32,000 nt of DNA. Origin: Mycolicibacterium smegmatis. GTDB lineage: Bacteria > Actinomycetota > Actinomycetes > Mycobacteriales > Mycobacteriaceae. Position numbers and translations under genes: made by a program. The stretch is taken from positions 1,290,001 to 1,322,000 of the forward strand of contig NZ_LN831039.1 of NCBI RefSeq assembly GCF_001457595.1. Direction: 5' to 3'. This document shows, in pieces, positions 7,730 to 15,517 of this stretch. How positions within the stretch are numbered: the stretch's first letter is position 1; each line of letters starts with the position of its first letter. Under the pieces are notes generated by a model that searched no databases, was not told where the DNA came from, and saw only the letters and a program-made list of their open reading frames with translations.

Positions 7730-7776
7730 CGCGGGCGGTTGGCGATAATTTGAACTTGAGAGGCTCGCGGGCGGTT
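7730..7776. repeat. 11-bp direct repeat CGCGGGCGGTT x2 upstream of the ketoacyl synthase gene
   Basis: CGCGGGCGGTT occurs at 7730-7740 and 7766-7776, a 36-bp period. Each copy is followed by an AT-richer -10-like element (GGCGATAAT and CTATTGTGG). The ATG lies 67 nt downstream of the second copy, at 7843. Confidence 0.35.
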
Positions 7777-7842
7777 CTATTGTGGTGAAGACAGACACCG
7801 CAGCAGGACCCTCGCAAACAGGAAAAACGAAAGCGCATTCCG

Positions 7843-9093
7843 ATGGTTGCGAAGACCACTGGCAATGGACTACCTGACGTCGTCGTCACCGCCGTCGCGT
7901 CGACGACCTCGCTCGCGCCTCATGCCGAGGACACGTGGAAGCTGCTGTTGGAGGGCCGAAGCGGCATCCGCGCCCTCGACAGGCCCTTCGTCGAGGAATT
8001 CGACTCGCCGGTCCGCATCGGCGGGCAGCTCACCGAGGCGTTCGCCGACAAACTCGGCCGTGTTGAACAGCACCGGCTTTCGTACATGGGCCAGATGTCG
8101 ACGGTGCTCGGGCGCCGGTTGTGGGAGATCGCGGGCAACCCCGAGGTGGACACCCGGCGGTTGATGGTGTCGATCGGCATGGCGCTGGGCACCACCGAGG
8201 AACTCATCCTGCAGTACGACCTGTGGAAGGCCAAAGGGCTGCGCGCCGTGCCTCCCACGGCGATCCAGAAGTACATGCCCAACGCGCCCGCGGCCGCCGT
8301 CGGGCTGGACCGCAAGGCCAAGGCCGGCATCATGAGCCCGATCATGGCCGACGCCTCGGGCGCGGCGGCCATCGCGCACGCATGGCGCGAGATCATCCTC
8401 GGCGACGCGGACATCGCGATCTGCGGCGGTGTCGAGACCTGGATCGAAGCCGTGCCCGTCGGCGCGTTCAGCCAGCTGGGCATGCTCTCGACCTACAACG
8501 ACGATCCCCCCGCGGCCTGCCGCCCGTTCGACAAGGACCGCGACGGCATGGTGCTCGGGGAGGCCGGGGCGCTGATGCTCGTCGAGACCGAGGAACACGC
8601 CAAGGCCCGCGGCGCGCCCATCCTGGCGCGTCTGATGGGTGTGGGGATGACCAACGACAGCTACGACATCGTCAAACCCGATCCCGACGGGCAGCTGGCC
8701 GGCGACGCGATCCGCCGGGCGATCGAACTGGCCGGGCTCACCCCGGGCGACATCGACCACATCAACGCGCACGCCACCGGCACCGACTTCGGCGATCTCG
8801 CCGAGGCCCGCGCCATCCACAACGTGCTGGGCAGTCATCGGCCCTCGGTGTACGCGCCCAAGGCCGCGCTGGGTCACTCGCTGGGATCCGCCGGTGCGGT
8901 GGAGGCCGTGCTGACCGTGCAGACGCTGCGCGACGGCATCGTGCCTGCCACGCTCAACGTGAAGAACCCCGACCCCGAGATCGACCTGGACGTCGTGACC
9001 GATCAGCCCAGGAGTGAGCACTTCCGCTACGCGCTGAGCAATTCGTTCGGCCTCGGCGGCAACAACGTGGTGCTGGCGTTCGGGGCGGCCTAA
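7843..9093 (+). CDS. KasA/KasB-like beta-ketoacyl-ACP synthase paralogue with Asp in place of the active-site Cys
   Basis: 416 aa, collinear with my recollection of M. tuberculosis KasA. Shared segments include DVVVTAV, AIAHAWREIILGDADIAICGGVE, RPFDKDRDGMVLGEAGALMLVETEEHAKARGA, INAHATGT, APKAALGHSLG, PDPEIDLDVV and SNSFGLGGNNVVLAF. The nucleophile position reads SPIMADASG (GAC at 8350-8352), whereas KasA has PVSACSSG. Confidence 0.9.
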   Translation: MVAKTTGNGLPDVVVTAVASTTSLAPHAEDTWKLLLEGRSGIRALDRPFVEEFDSPVRIGGQLTEAFADKLGRVEQHRLSYMGQMSTVLGRRLWEIAGNPEVDTRRLMVSIGMALGTTEELILQYDLWKAKGLRAVPPTAIQKYMPNAPAAAVGLDRKAKAGIMSPIMADASGAAAIAHAWREIILGDADIAICGGVETWIEAVPVGAFSQLGMLSTYNDDPPAACRPFDKDRDGMVLGEAGALMLVETEEHAKARGAPILARLMGVGMTNDSYDIVKPDPDGQLAGDAIRRAIELAGLTPGDIDHINAHATGTDFGDLAEARAIHNVLGSHRPSVYAPKAALGHSLGSAGAVEAVLTVQTLRDGIVPATLNVKNPDPEIDLDVVTDQPRSEHFRYALSNSFGLGGNNVVLAFGAA

Positions 9094-9974
9094 CCGCTCT
9101 TCGTGTAGGCGAACTGCGCGACCTCGGAGATCCCGCGGCGGAAGAAGTCGGCGCAGCCGGTCAGGTAGTGCATGTACCGGTCGTAGACCTCTTCCGACGT
9201 CGCGGCGATCGCGGCGTCGCGTTGCGCGGACAGGTTGTCGGCCCACGTGTCGAGGGTGCGGACATAGTGCGGGTTCATCACGGTCACATCGGCGGTGTGA
9301 AACCCTGCGGCACCGGAGAAGTCACGCATGTCGTCGTCGGATGGCAGCTGCCCGCCCGGGAAGATCTCCTTGTAGATGAACCGCGTGAACTTCATGTCGC
9401 TGAGCGTCACCGCGATGCCGTGCTCACGCCAGTAGTTGATGGGATGGGTGAAGATCGTCTCGATCACCATGCGCCCGTCGTCGGGCATCACCCGGTAGGT
9501 GGTGTCGAAAAACGCCTTGTACCTCGACTTCCCGAACGCCTCGAACGCCTCGATGCTCACGATTCGGTCGACCGGTGCGTCGAACTGCTCCCAGCCCTGC
9601 AGGCACACGAAGTGTGACCGCCGCGTGTCGATCTGATCCAGAAGCTGTTGGCAGAACGCGTACTGGTTCTTGCTCAGGGTGAGGCCGATGACGTTGACGT
9701 CGTACTTCTCGATCGCGCGTTTCATCAACGCGCCCCAGCCGCAACCGATGTCGAGCAGCGTCATTCCCGGTTGCAGGGCGAGCTGGTCCAGTGCGAGGTC
9801 GATCTTGGCCATTTGCGCCTGTTCGAGTGTCATGTCGTCGCGCTCGTAGTAGGCACAGCTGTAGGTGCGGGACGGATCCTGGAACAGCCCGAAGAAGTCG
9901 TCGGACAGATCGTAGTGCGCCTGGACTTCCTCGAAATACGGCCGCATCTGGGCAGTGCCGACGCCGTCAGCCAT
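9090..9974 (-). CDS. Mycolic acid SAM-dependent methyltransferase/cyclopropane synthase family (CmaA/MmaA/UmaA-like), divergent member
   Basis: 294 aa. Contains [46 protein letters not shown] and LLDIGCGWG (SAM motif I). It has SIEAFEAFG where the family usually has SIGAFEHFG, and VIETIF where it usually has LLHTI. Its ATG overlaps the upstream gene's stop by 1 nt (TGATG). Confidence 0.9.
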   Translation of the reverse strand: MADGVGTAQMRPYFEEVQAHYDLSDDFFGLFQDPSRTYSCAYYERDDMTLEQAQMAKIDLALDQLALQPGMTLLDIGCGWGALMKRAIEKYDVNVIGLTLSKNQYAFCQQLLDQIDTRRSHFVCLQGWEQFDAPVDRIVSIEAFEAFGKSRYKAFFDTTYRVMPDDGRMVIETIFTHPINYWREHGIAVTLSDMKFTRFIYKEIFPGGQLPSDDDMRDFSGAAGFHTADVTVMNPHYVRTLDTWADNLSAQRDAAIAATSEEVYDRYMHYLTGCADFFRRGISEVAQFAYTKSG

Positions 9975-10897
9975 CAGGCCACGCTCTTCTCACAGGTGAA
10001 CTGGCAGACGTCGGTGTAGCCGTCGCGGAACAGGTCCGCGCACCCCTTGAGGTACTTGAGGTAGCGCTCGTAGACCTCTTCGGACGTGATCTCGATGGCC
10101 TGGTCCTTCTTGGCCTCCAGGTTGGCCGCCCATGTGTCGAGGGTGCGCACGTAGTGCGGCCGCAGGCGCTGCTTGCGCGTGACGGTGAAACCGGCCTCGG
10201 TGGCACGGTCTTCGACCATCGCGATCAGCGGGATGCGGCCACCCGGGTAGATCTCGGTGACGATGAACCGGAAGAACCGCATCAACGACATCGTCGTCGG
10301 CAGCCCCATCTGCTCGACCTCTTCCTTGCTGGTCGAGACGATGGTGTGCAGCAGCATCACGCCGTCGTCGGGCATCAGCTCGAAGGTCTTCTTGAAATAG
10401 TCTGCGTACTTCTCGAATCCGAAATGTTCGAATGCCCCGATCGACACGACACGGTCGACCGGCTCGTCGAAGTCCTCCCACGCCTGCAGGCGAACTTCTT
10501 TGCGGCGTGGGCTGTCAGATTCGGCGAAGCGCTGTTCGATGTGCGCGAGCTGATTGTGCGACAACGTCAGCCCGATGACGTTGACGTCGTATTTCTCGAC
10601 CGCGCGCATGATGGTCGAGCCCCACCCGCACCCGATGTCGAGCAAAGTCATGCCCGGTTGCAGGCCCAGCTTGCCAAGTGCCAGATCGACTTTCGCCATC
10701 TGGGCCTCTTCGAGCGTCATGTCGTCGCGTTCGAAGTACGCGCAACTGTAGGTCTGCGTGGGGTCCTGCCACAGCCGGAAGAACTCGTTCGACAGGTCGT
10801 AGTGCGAACGGACTTCGTCTGCTGTTGATCCGTGACGCTCGCCGGGCGGAGCTCCGACCTTGACCGCGATGTTCGATTTCTGTGGCGTTTCTTTCAC
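9974..10897 (-). CDS. Mycolic acid SAM-dependent methyltransferase/cyclopropane synthase family (CmaA2/MmaA-like), canonical motifs
   Basis: 307 aa with a GTG start. Contains [95 protein letters not shown] and [12 protein letters not shown]. Confidence 0.9.
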   Translation of the reverse strand: MKETPQKSNIAVKVGAPPGERHGSTADEVRSHYDLSNEFFRLWQDPTQTYSCAYFERDDMTLEEAQMAKVDLALGKLGLQPGMTLLDIGCGWGSTIMRAVEKYDVNVIGLTLSHNQLAHIEQRFAESDSPRRKEVRLQAWEDFDEPVDRVVSIGAFEHFGFEKYADYFKKTFELMPDDGVMLLHTIVSTSKEEVEQMGLPTTMSLMRFFRFIVTEIYPGGRIPLIAMVEDRATEAGFTVTRKQRLRPHYVRTLDTWAANLEAKKDQAIEITSEEVYERYLKYLKGCADLFRDGYTDVCQFTCEKSVA

Positions 10898-11057
10898 CAG
10901 CCGCCCCCGAGAACGAATAGATGGCTTGGCGTACCGATTGCCTACCGTACGTCGAGACCGAACTTACTCCTCGAAACTTGGACCGTGAAGGTTCTTTTGG
11001 CGATCCTGCGCCCAGAGTTTTTGCTGCGGCAAACGTTCCGGCTGCGCGGCGACGAAC

Positions 11058-11089
11058 TGAGCCCGGACCCTGTCCAGGGTCCGGGCTCA
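11058..11089 (-). terminator. 13-bp-stem hairpin downstream of the small basic protein gene
   Basis: TGAGCCCGGACCC (11058-11070) pairs with GGGTCCGGGCTCA (11077-11089) around a 6-nt loop. It lies 27 nt beyond the stop at 11117. There is no clear U-tract on the minus strand. The stem core is identical to that of the hairpin at 18162-18190. Confidence 0.45.
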
Positions 11090-11116
11090 TGTGTCAGGTC
11101 TTATCGCCGCCGAAGC

Positions 11117-11251
11117 TCAGCGTTTGCGCATCTCGTGAACGCTGTCGGTGGGCGACGCGCTGTCAGTTTTCGCGCGCTTCTCAGCGCGCTTCTGTTTGAG
11201 TGATTGCCCGGATTTCTTGCTCATGCTCTGCCGCGGAGATTTGTCGGACAT
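11117..11251 (-). CDS. Small basic hypothetical protein (44 aa)
   Basis: Internal ATG (11251) of track ORF 11117..11359, preceded by AAGGGG. Sequence is MSDKSPRQSMSKKSGQSLKQKRAEKRAKTDSASPTDSVHEMRKR. It is Lys/Ser-rich and followed by a strong hairpin. No family recognised. Confidence 0.45.
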   Translation of the reverse strand: MSDKSPRQSMSKKSGQSLKQKRAEKRAKTDSASPTDSVHEMRKR

Positions 11252-11584
11252 GGAAGCCCCTTGATGAGTGGGGCCTGTCGTGGTCCCGGTCCTTCGACGG
11301 TACGCGTATGTTCTGTGCTGGGGCAACGACGCTGCCGTCCGGTTGACAACGGGTGTCACGCAGCGTTGACTGGTGTTCTGGCCCGGGTCCCGCCGATATG
11401 CACGGTCGATCCAATGCGCCCGCAGAAGCTTCGGTTTGTTCTGCAGGCAAAGCGAAATTCGGCTCAGTGCGCCGAAACGCGGACCAATGGGCCCTATCTC
11501 CCAGCGGCCCGGCTTCCATCGTCACGGCGACTCGATACGTGGTCGTGTGGCTTCGTACGGCCAGGCGGCGACAGAGAGGTAGTG

Positions 11585-11836
11585 ATGACGCATATCACCG
11601 AGCCGAGGGTTATCGGCAACCACGCTGACATGGGGCCGTCGCGCGCCAAAAGCGATGACGTCGAGACGGATTCGCGGCTTACTCCCTCAGGGGTATGTGG
11701 CGCCGGCGCCCGGAAGACACGCGGCAGCTTACGCAGCATGCGGCGACGGCAGAAGGTCGAGGCGCTGACGAGGTGGGAATCCGAAGGCGGAGCACCCGCC
11801 GTCCGCCCGGCTGACGATATGTCGGAAACCTCTTGA
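11585..11836 (+). CDS. Small hypothetical protein (83 aa) with a W-E-S-E-G-G-A motif, first gene of the glycosyltransferase operon
   Basis: ATG 11585 is preceded by GAGAGG. Sequence is MTHITEPRVIGNHADMGPSRAKSDD...RRRQKVEALTRWESEGGAPAVRPADDMSETS. Its stop overlaps the TTG start of the next gene (TTGA). Codon usage is weaker than in neighbouring genes. Confidence 0.4.
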   Translation: MTHITEPRVIGNHADMGPSRAKSDDVETDSRLTPSGVCGAGARKTRGSLRSMRRRQKVEALTRWESEGGAPAVRPADDMSETS

Positions 11837-13011
11837 TCACTGCATCCACATTGCCCCTGGCGCCGCGGGTCGACACACGTCGCGGCTGCCCCGACAACCT
11901 CAACGTCGGAATCCTCAGCACTTATGCGCCCACGGCCTGCGGACTCGCCACGTTCAGTGCGGCGCTCGCCGGGGGCCTGTCCGGCACCGGTGCCGACGTC
12001 AACGTGGTGCGCATCGCCGACGGCGCCCCCTCCGGTAGCGCTCGCGTGGTCGGAGAGCTGGTCAACGGCTCGGCAGCCTCGGCGGCGGCATGCGTGGAGC
12101 TGCTCAACCAGAACCATGTCGCCATCGTTCAGCACGAATACGGCATCTACGGCGGAGCAGACGGTGACGAGGTCGTGGGCATCATCGGTGCCCTCGACGT
12201 CCCGGTCATCGTGGTCCTGCACACCGTCCCCAGCGCCCCCACGGCGCATCAACGCGCAGTCCTCGAACAGGTCGCCGCGCTCGCCGCGCGCGTGGTGGTG
12301 ATGTCCGCGTCTGCCAGTCGCCGTCTGTGCCGTGACTTCCGCGTCGACCGCAGGAAGGTGACCACCATCCCGCACGGTGCGGCAGTTCCGTGCGGCCCGG
12401 TGCTCAAGCGCGGTGGGCGGCCCACGCTGTTGACCTGGGGCCTGCTGGGGCCGGGCAAGGGCATCGAGCGCGGTATCGACGCGATGAGCGTCCTGCGCCG
12501 GCTCAACGGGATGCCCCGCTATCTGATCGCCGGGCTCACCCACCCGAAGGTTCTCGCCGCCGAGGGCGAGGCCTATCGCGACGCATGTGTCGAGCGCGCG
12601 CGCAGCACGGGGGTGTCCGACGCGGTCCACTTCGATCCCGGCTACCGCAGCCCTTCGTCGCTGACGACCTTGGTGCAGGCCGCGAAAGTGGTTCTGCTTC
12701 CCTATGATTCGACCGAGCAGGTGACCTCCGGTGTACTTGTCGACGCCATCGCCCACGGCCGTCCGGTGGTCGCCACCGCCTTCCCCCACGCCGTCGAACT
12801 CCTGTCCTCCGGGGCGGGCATCGTCGTCGACCATGACGACCCCGACGCGCTGGTATCGGCACTGCGCAGTGTGATCACGCAGCCGCGGCTGGCCGGGGCG
12901 ATGGCCGCCGAGGCTCGCAGGCTGGCGCCGTCGATGGCGTGGTCCGTGGTGGCGAACGCGTATCAAACTGTGGCGCGGGAACTCCTGGCCGGCAGTCCGA
13001 GGCAACGATGA
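11833..13011 (+). CDS. GT4-family (GT-B, RfaG-like) glycosyltransferase
   Basis: 392 aa. N-terminus is VGILSTYAPTACGLATFSAAL. The C-terminal half has the GT4 pattern (LLTWGLLGPGKG..., VVLLPYDSTEQVTSGVLVDAIAHGRPVVATAFPHAVELL). TTG start at 11833; an alternative TTG lies at 11851. Confidence 0.85.
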   Translation: MITASTLPLAPRVDTRRGCPDNLNVGILSTYAPTACGLATFSAALAGGLSGTGADVNVVRIADGAPSGSARVVGELVNGSAASAAACVELLNQNHVAIVQHEYGIYGGADGDEVVGIIGALDVPVIVVLHTVPSAPTAHQRAVLEQVAALAARVVVMSASASRRLCRDFRVDRRKVTTIPHGAAVPCGPVLKRGGRPTLLTWGLLGPGKGIERGIDAMSVLRRLNGMPRYLIAGLTHPKVLAAEGEAYRDACVERARSTGVSDAVHFDPGYRSPSSLTTLVQAAKVVLLPYDSTEQVTSGVLVDAIAHGRPVVATAFPHAVELLSSGAGIVVDHDDPDALVSALRSVITQPRLAGAMAAEARRLAPSMAWSVVANAYQTVARELLAGSPRQR

Positions 13012-14045
13012 CCGGCACCCCGTCCGCGGAGGCCCCGCCGCGACCCCGGTTCGACCACCTGTTGCGGATGACCGACAACCGCGGCACGTTCGAGCACGCG
13101 TGCCTCGACGAACCGAGAACCGAAAACGGTTACTGCACCGACGATATGGCTCGTGTGCTGGTCGTCGCATCCCGTCAACCACAGGCGGGCGGTCCGGTGA
13201 ACCGCCTGGGCGGTGTGGCGGTGCGGTTCCTCAACGAGGCGCAGGCACTGACCGGCCCGTGCCGCAACCGGCTGGACAAGGACGGATCCTGGACGGACGA
13301 ACCCGCTCTCGAAGACCCGTGGGGCCGGTGCGTGTGGGGGCTGGGGACCGCCGCCGCGCGCAGCGGGGTCGCCGTGGTGCGAACCCTTGCATTGCTGCAG
13401 TTCGAACGGGCCGCGCAGTGCCGTTCGGTGTGGCCGCGCGCGATGGCCTTCGCGGCCATCGGTGCCGCCGAACTGCTCGCGGTCAACCCCGGCAACGCGG
13501 CCGCGCGTGCCCTGATCACCGATTACGTCGCGGGTCTCCCGCCACCCGCCTCCGACAGCTCCTGGCCGTGGCCGGAGCCTCGGCTCGCCTACGCCAATGC
13601 CGTTCTCGCGGAGGCGATCATCGCCGCGGGCATCGTCGTGGAGGACTCCGGGTTGTGGACCCGGGGACTGGAGCTGCTGGGTTGGCTGGTGGAGCGCGAA
13701 ACCGGGAACGGGCACCTGTCGGTCACGCCGGTGGACGGTTGGGCAGCCGGTGAAACCCGGCCCGGTTTCGACCAGCAACCGACCGAGGTCGCCACGCTGG
13801 CCGACGCATGCGCCCGCGCGGCCACCGTCGACCCCGACGCCGTCTGGCCGCACACCGTGCGGGCGGCCGCCGCCTGGTTCGAGGGTGCCAATGATCTCGG
13901 GGAGCCCATGTGGGACCCGCAGACCGGCGCCGGATTCGACGGCCTGCACGCCGACCGGGTCAACCGCAACCAAGGTGCGGAATCGACCCTGGCGGTCATC
14001 TCCACTTTCCAACAGGTGCAACACTTTTCACCCGCGATCTCATGA
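13008..14045 (+). CDS. Conserved hypothetical protein (345 aa), Ala/Trp-rich, possibly an alpha/alpha-toroid fold
   Basis: Track ORF 12939..14045 trimmed to ATG 13008, which overlaps the glycosyltransferase stop as ATGA. Begins MTGTPSAEAPPRPRFDHLLRMTDNRGTFEHACLDEPRTENGYCTDDMARVLVV... The fold guess is mine and is unverified. Confidence 0.7.
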   Translation: MTGTPSAEAPPRPRFDHLLRMTDNRGTFEHACLDEPRTENGYCTDDMARVLVVASRQPQAGGPVNRLGGVAVRFLNEAQALTGPCRNRLDKDGSWTDEPALEDPWGRCVWGLGTAAARSGVAVVRTLALLQFERAAQCRSVWPRAMAFAAIGAAELLAVNPGNAAARALITDYVAGLPPPASDSSWPWPEPRLAYANAVLAEAIIAAGIVVEDSGLWTRGLELLGWLVERETGNGHLSVTPVDGWAAGETRPGFDQQPTEVATLADACARAATVDPDAVWPHTVRAAAAWFEGANDLGEPMWDPQTGAGFDGLHADRVNRNQGAESTLAVISTFQQVQHFSPAIS

Positions 14046-15517
14046 CCGCGAGCCGGCTCGCGGTGACCCGCGGCCCGCAACGCCTGGCCGCCGATCACTC
14101 GCGTGTGCTCCTTCGGCTGTTCGTGCCGGGGCAGGAGGGATTCGAGCTCCAGGAATCCCGGGCCGGCAAGGTCTTGAAACGGATCCTCGCCCTGGACGAC
14201 AACGAGGTGCGTGCCACCCTTGCCGGGGTCGTCGCCGGCTATGGGGAGCGCCACCGCGACCTGATCTCGGTCTTCCGGCATCATGCGGGTGAGCTCGCCG
14301 ACCGGCTCGATCCCGGCAGGCAGCTCTCCGAAGCGCGGATGCTGCTGATCGGCGCGATGTTCACCAACGAGTACGCGATCGAAGGCGCGGCGCTGTGCAA
14401 TCCCAGCATGGTGGCCCACCCCGATCAGTCCGGGGTTCCCCGAGGCTGCCTGCGTTTCGTGATGAGCGTGCGCGGTATCGGGGAGGGGCACTGCTCGTCG
14501 ATAGGCTTCCGCACCGGCGTCGTCGACAGCGCGGGTAGCGTCGTCGTCGACGATGCGGTGCCGTTCACCGCCACCGGATCGACCACGCCGCCAGTGCTCG
14601 ATGCGGCGGTGTTCCGCGGTTACCTGGCGCAACTGCGCCACACCGGTGAGATCGCCGACTACGTGCTCAACGCTCTCGGCGACCGGTTCAGCCGCTCCGA
14701 CCTGGACGCGAGGCTGGCCGAGCTGCACCGGAATCGCAGTACGCGGCAGCAGGCCGCCGAGACGATCGACGCGATCCGGGCGGTCGCCGACCGCGCCTAC
14801 GGCGTCGTATTCCCGGAAGACACCGCTCTGTCCGAACGCGTCCTGTGGCCGGCCACGAGCGCCGAGGCCGCCGGTATGGAAGATGCCCGGTTCGTCCGTT
14901 TCGTCGACGACGACGGATCGATCACGTTCTACGCGTCCTACACCGCCTACAGCGGCAACCACATCAGCCAGCAGTTGCTGGCGACCACGGACTTCCGGAC
15001 GTTCACGTCGGTGCCCATGGTCGGGCCGGCGGCCGCCAACAAGGGGCTCGCGCTGTTCCCGCGCCGCATCGGCGGGCGATACGCGGCCATGTCGAGATCG
15101 GATCGCGAGTCCAACACCGTCGCCTTCACCGATCACCTCGCCGTGTGGACGGATGCCGCTCCGTGCCAGCAGCCCGTGGCGCCGTGGGAGGCGCTGCAAC
15201 TGGGCAATTGCGGCCCGCCCATCGAGACCGACGCCGGGTGGTTGGTGCTCACCCACGGTGTCGGCCCGATGCGCACGTACCGCATCGGGGCGATCCTGCT
15301 CGACCTGCAGGACCCGACCCGGATCGTCGGTCGTCTCACCGAGCCGCTGCTGAGTCCCACCGAGGACGAACGCGACGGGTATGTGCCCAACGTCGTGTAC
15401 TCGTGCGGTGGCCTCGTCCATGCCGGAACGCTGGTGCTGCCGTACGGGATCGGTGACGCCGCGATCGGGATCGCCACCGTGCCGCTGCCGGATCTGCTTT
15501 GTGCACTACGCGGCTGA
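14042..15517 (+). CDS. GH130-like glycosidase/glycoside phosphorylase domain protein with a long N-terminal extension
   Basis: Track ORF 13910..15517 trimmed to ATG 14042 (ATGA overlap with the previous stop). The C-terminal ~230 aa show a GH130-type beta-propeller pattern: NKGLALFPRRIGGRYAAMSR, GWLVLTHGVG, YRIGAILLDLQDPTRIVGR, GYVPNVVYSCGGL, LVLPYGIGDAAIGIA. I do not recognise the N-terminal ~260 aa. Confidence 0.8.
   Translation: MTASRLAVTRGPQRLAADHSRVLLRLFVPGQEGFELQESRAGKVLKRILALDDNEVRATLAGVVAGYGERHRDLISVFRHHAGELADRLDPGRQLSEARMLLIGAMFTNEYAIEGAALCNPSMVAHPDQSGVPRGCLRFVMSVRGIGEGHCSSIGFRTGVVDSAGSVVVDDAVPFTATGSTTPPVLDAAVFRGYLAQLRHTGEIADYVLNALGDRFSRSDLDARLAELHRNRSTRQQAAETIDAIRAVADRAYGVVFPEDTALSERVLWPATSAEAAGMEDARFVRFVDDDGSITFYASYTAYSGNHISQQLLATTDFRTFTSVPMVGPAAANKGLALFPRRIGGRYAAMSRSDRESNTVAFTDHLAVWTDAAPCQQPVAPWEALQLGNCGPPIETDAGWLVLTHGVGPMRTYRIGAILLDLQDPTRIVGRLTEPLLSPTEDERDGYVPNVVYSCGGLVHAGTLVLPYGIGDAAIGIATVPLPDLLCALRG

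Noticed and set aside
7870-9246. 458-aa minus-strand ORF opposite the KasA-like gene
   Set aside because: It is an antisense shadow with an Arg/Gly/His-rich low-complexity translation. The + frame is collinear with KasA.
11494-13182. 562-aa minus-strand ORF opposite the glycosyltransferase
   Set aside because: It is an antisense shadow of the GT4 gene and its neighbours. It shows no recognisable domain and a heavy Arg/Gly bias.
13589-15421. 610-aa minus-strand ORF opposite the unknown/GH130 genes
   Set aside because: It is an antisense shadow. The + frames show ATGA-coupled genes with GH130 motifs.
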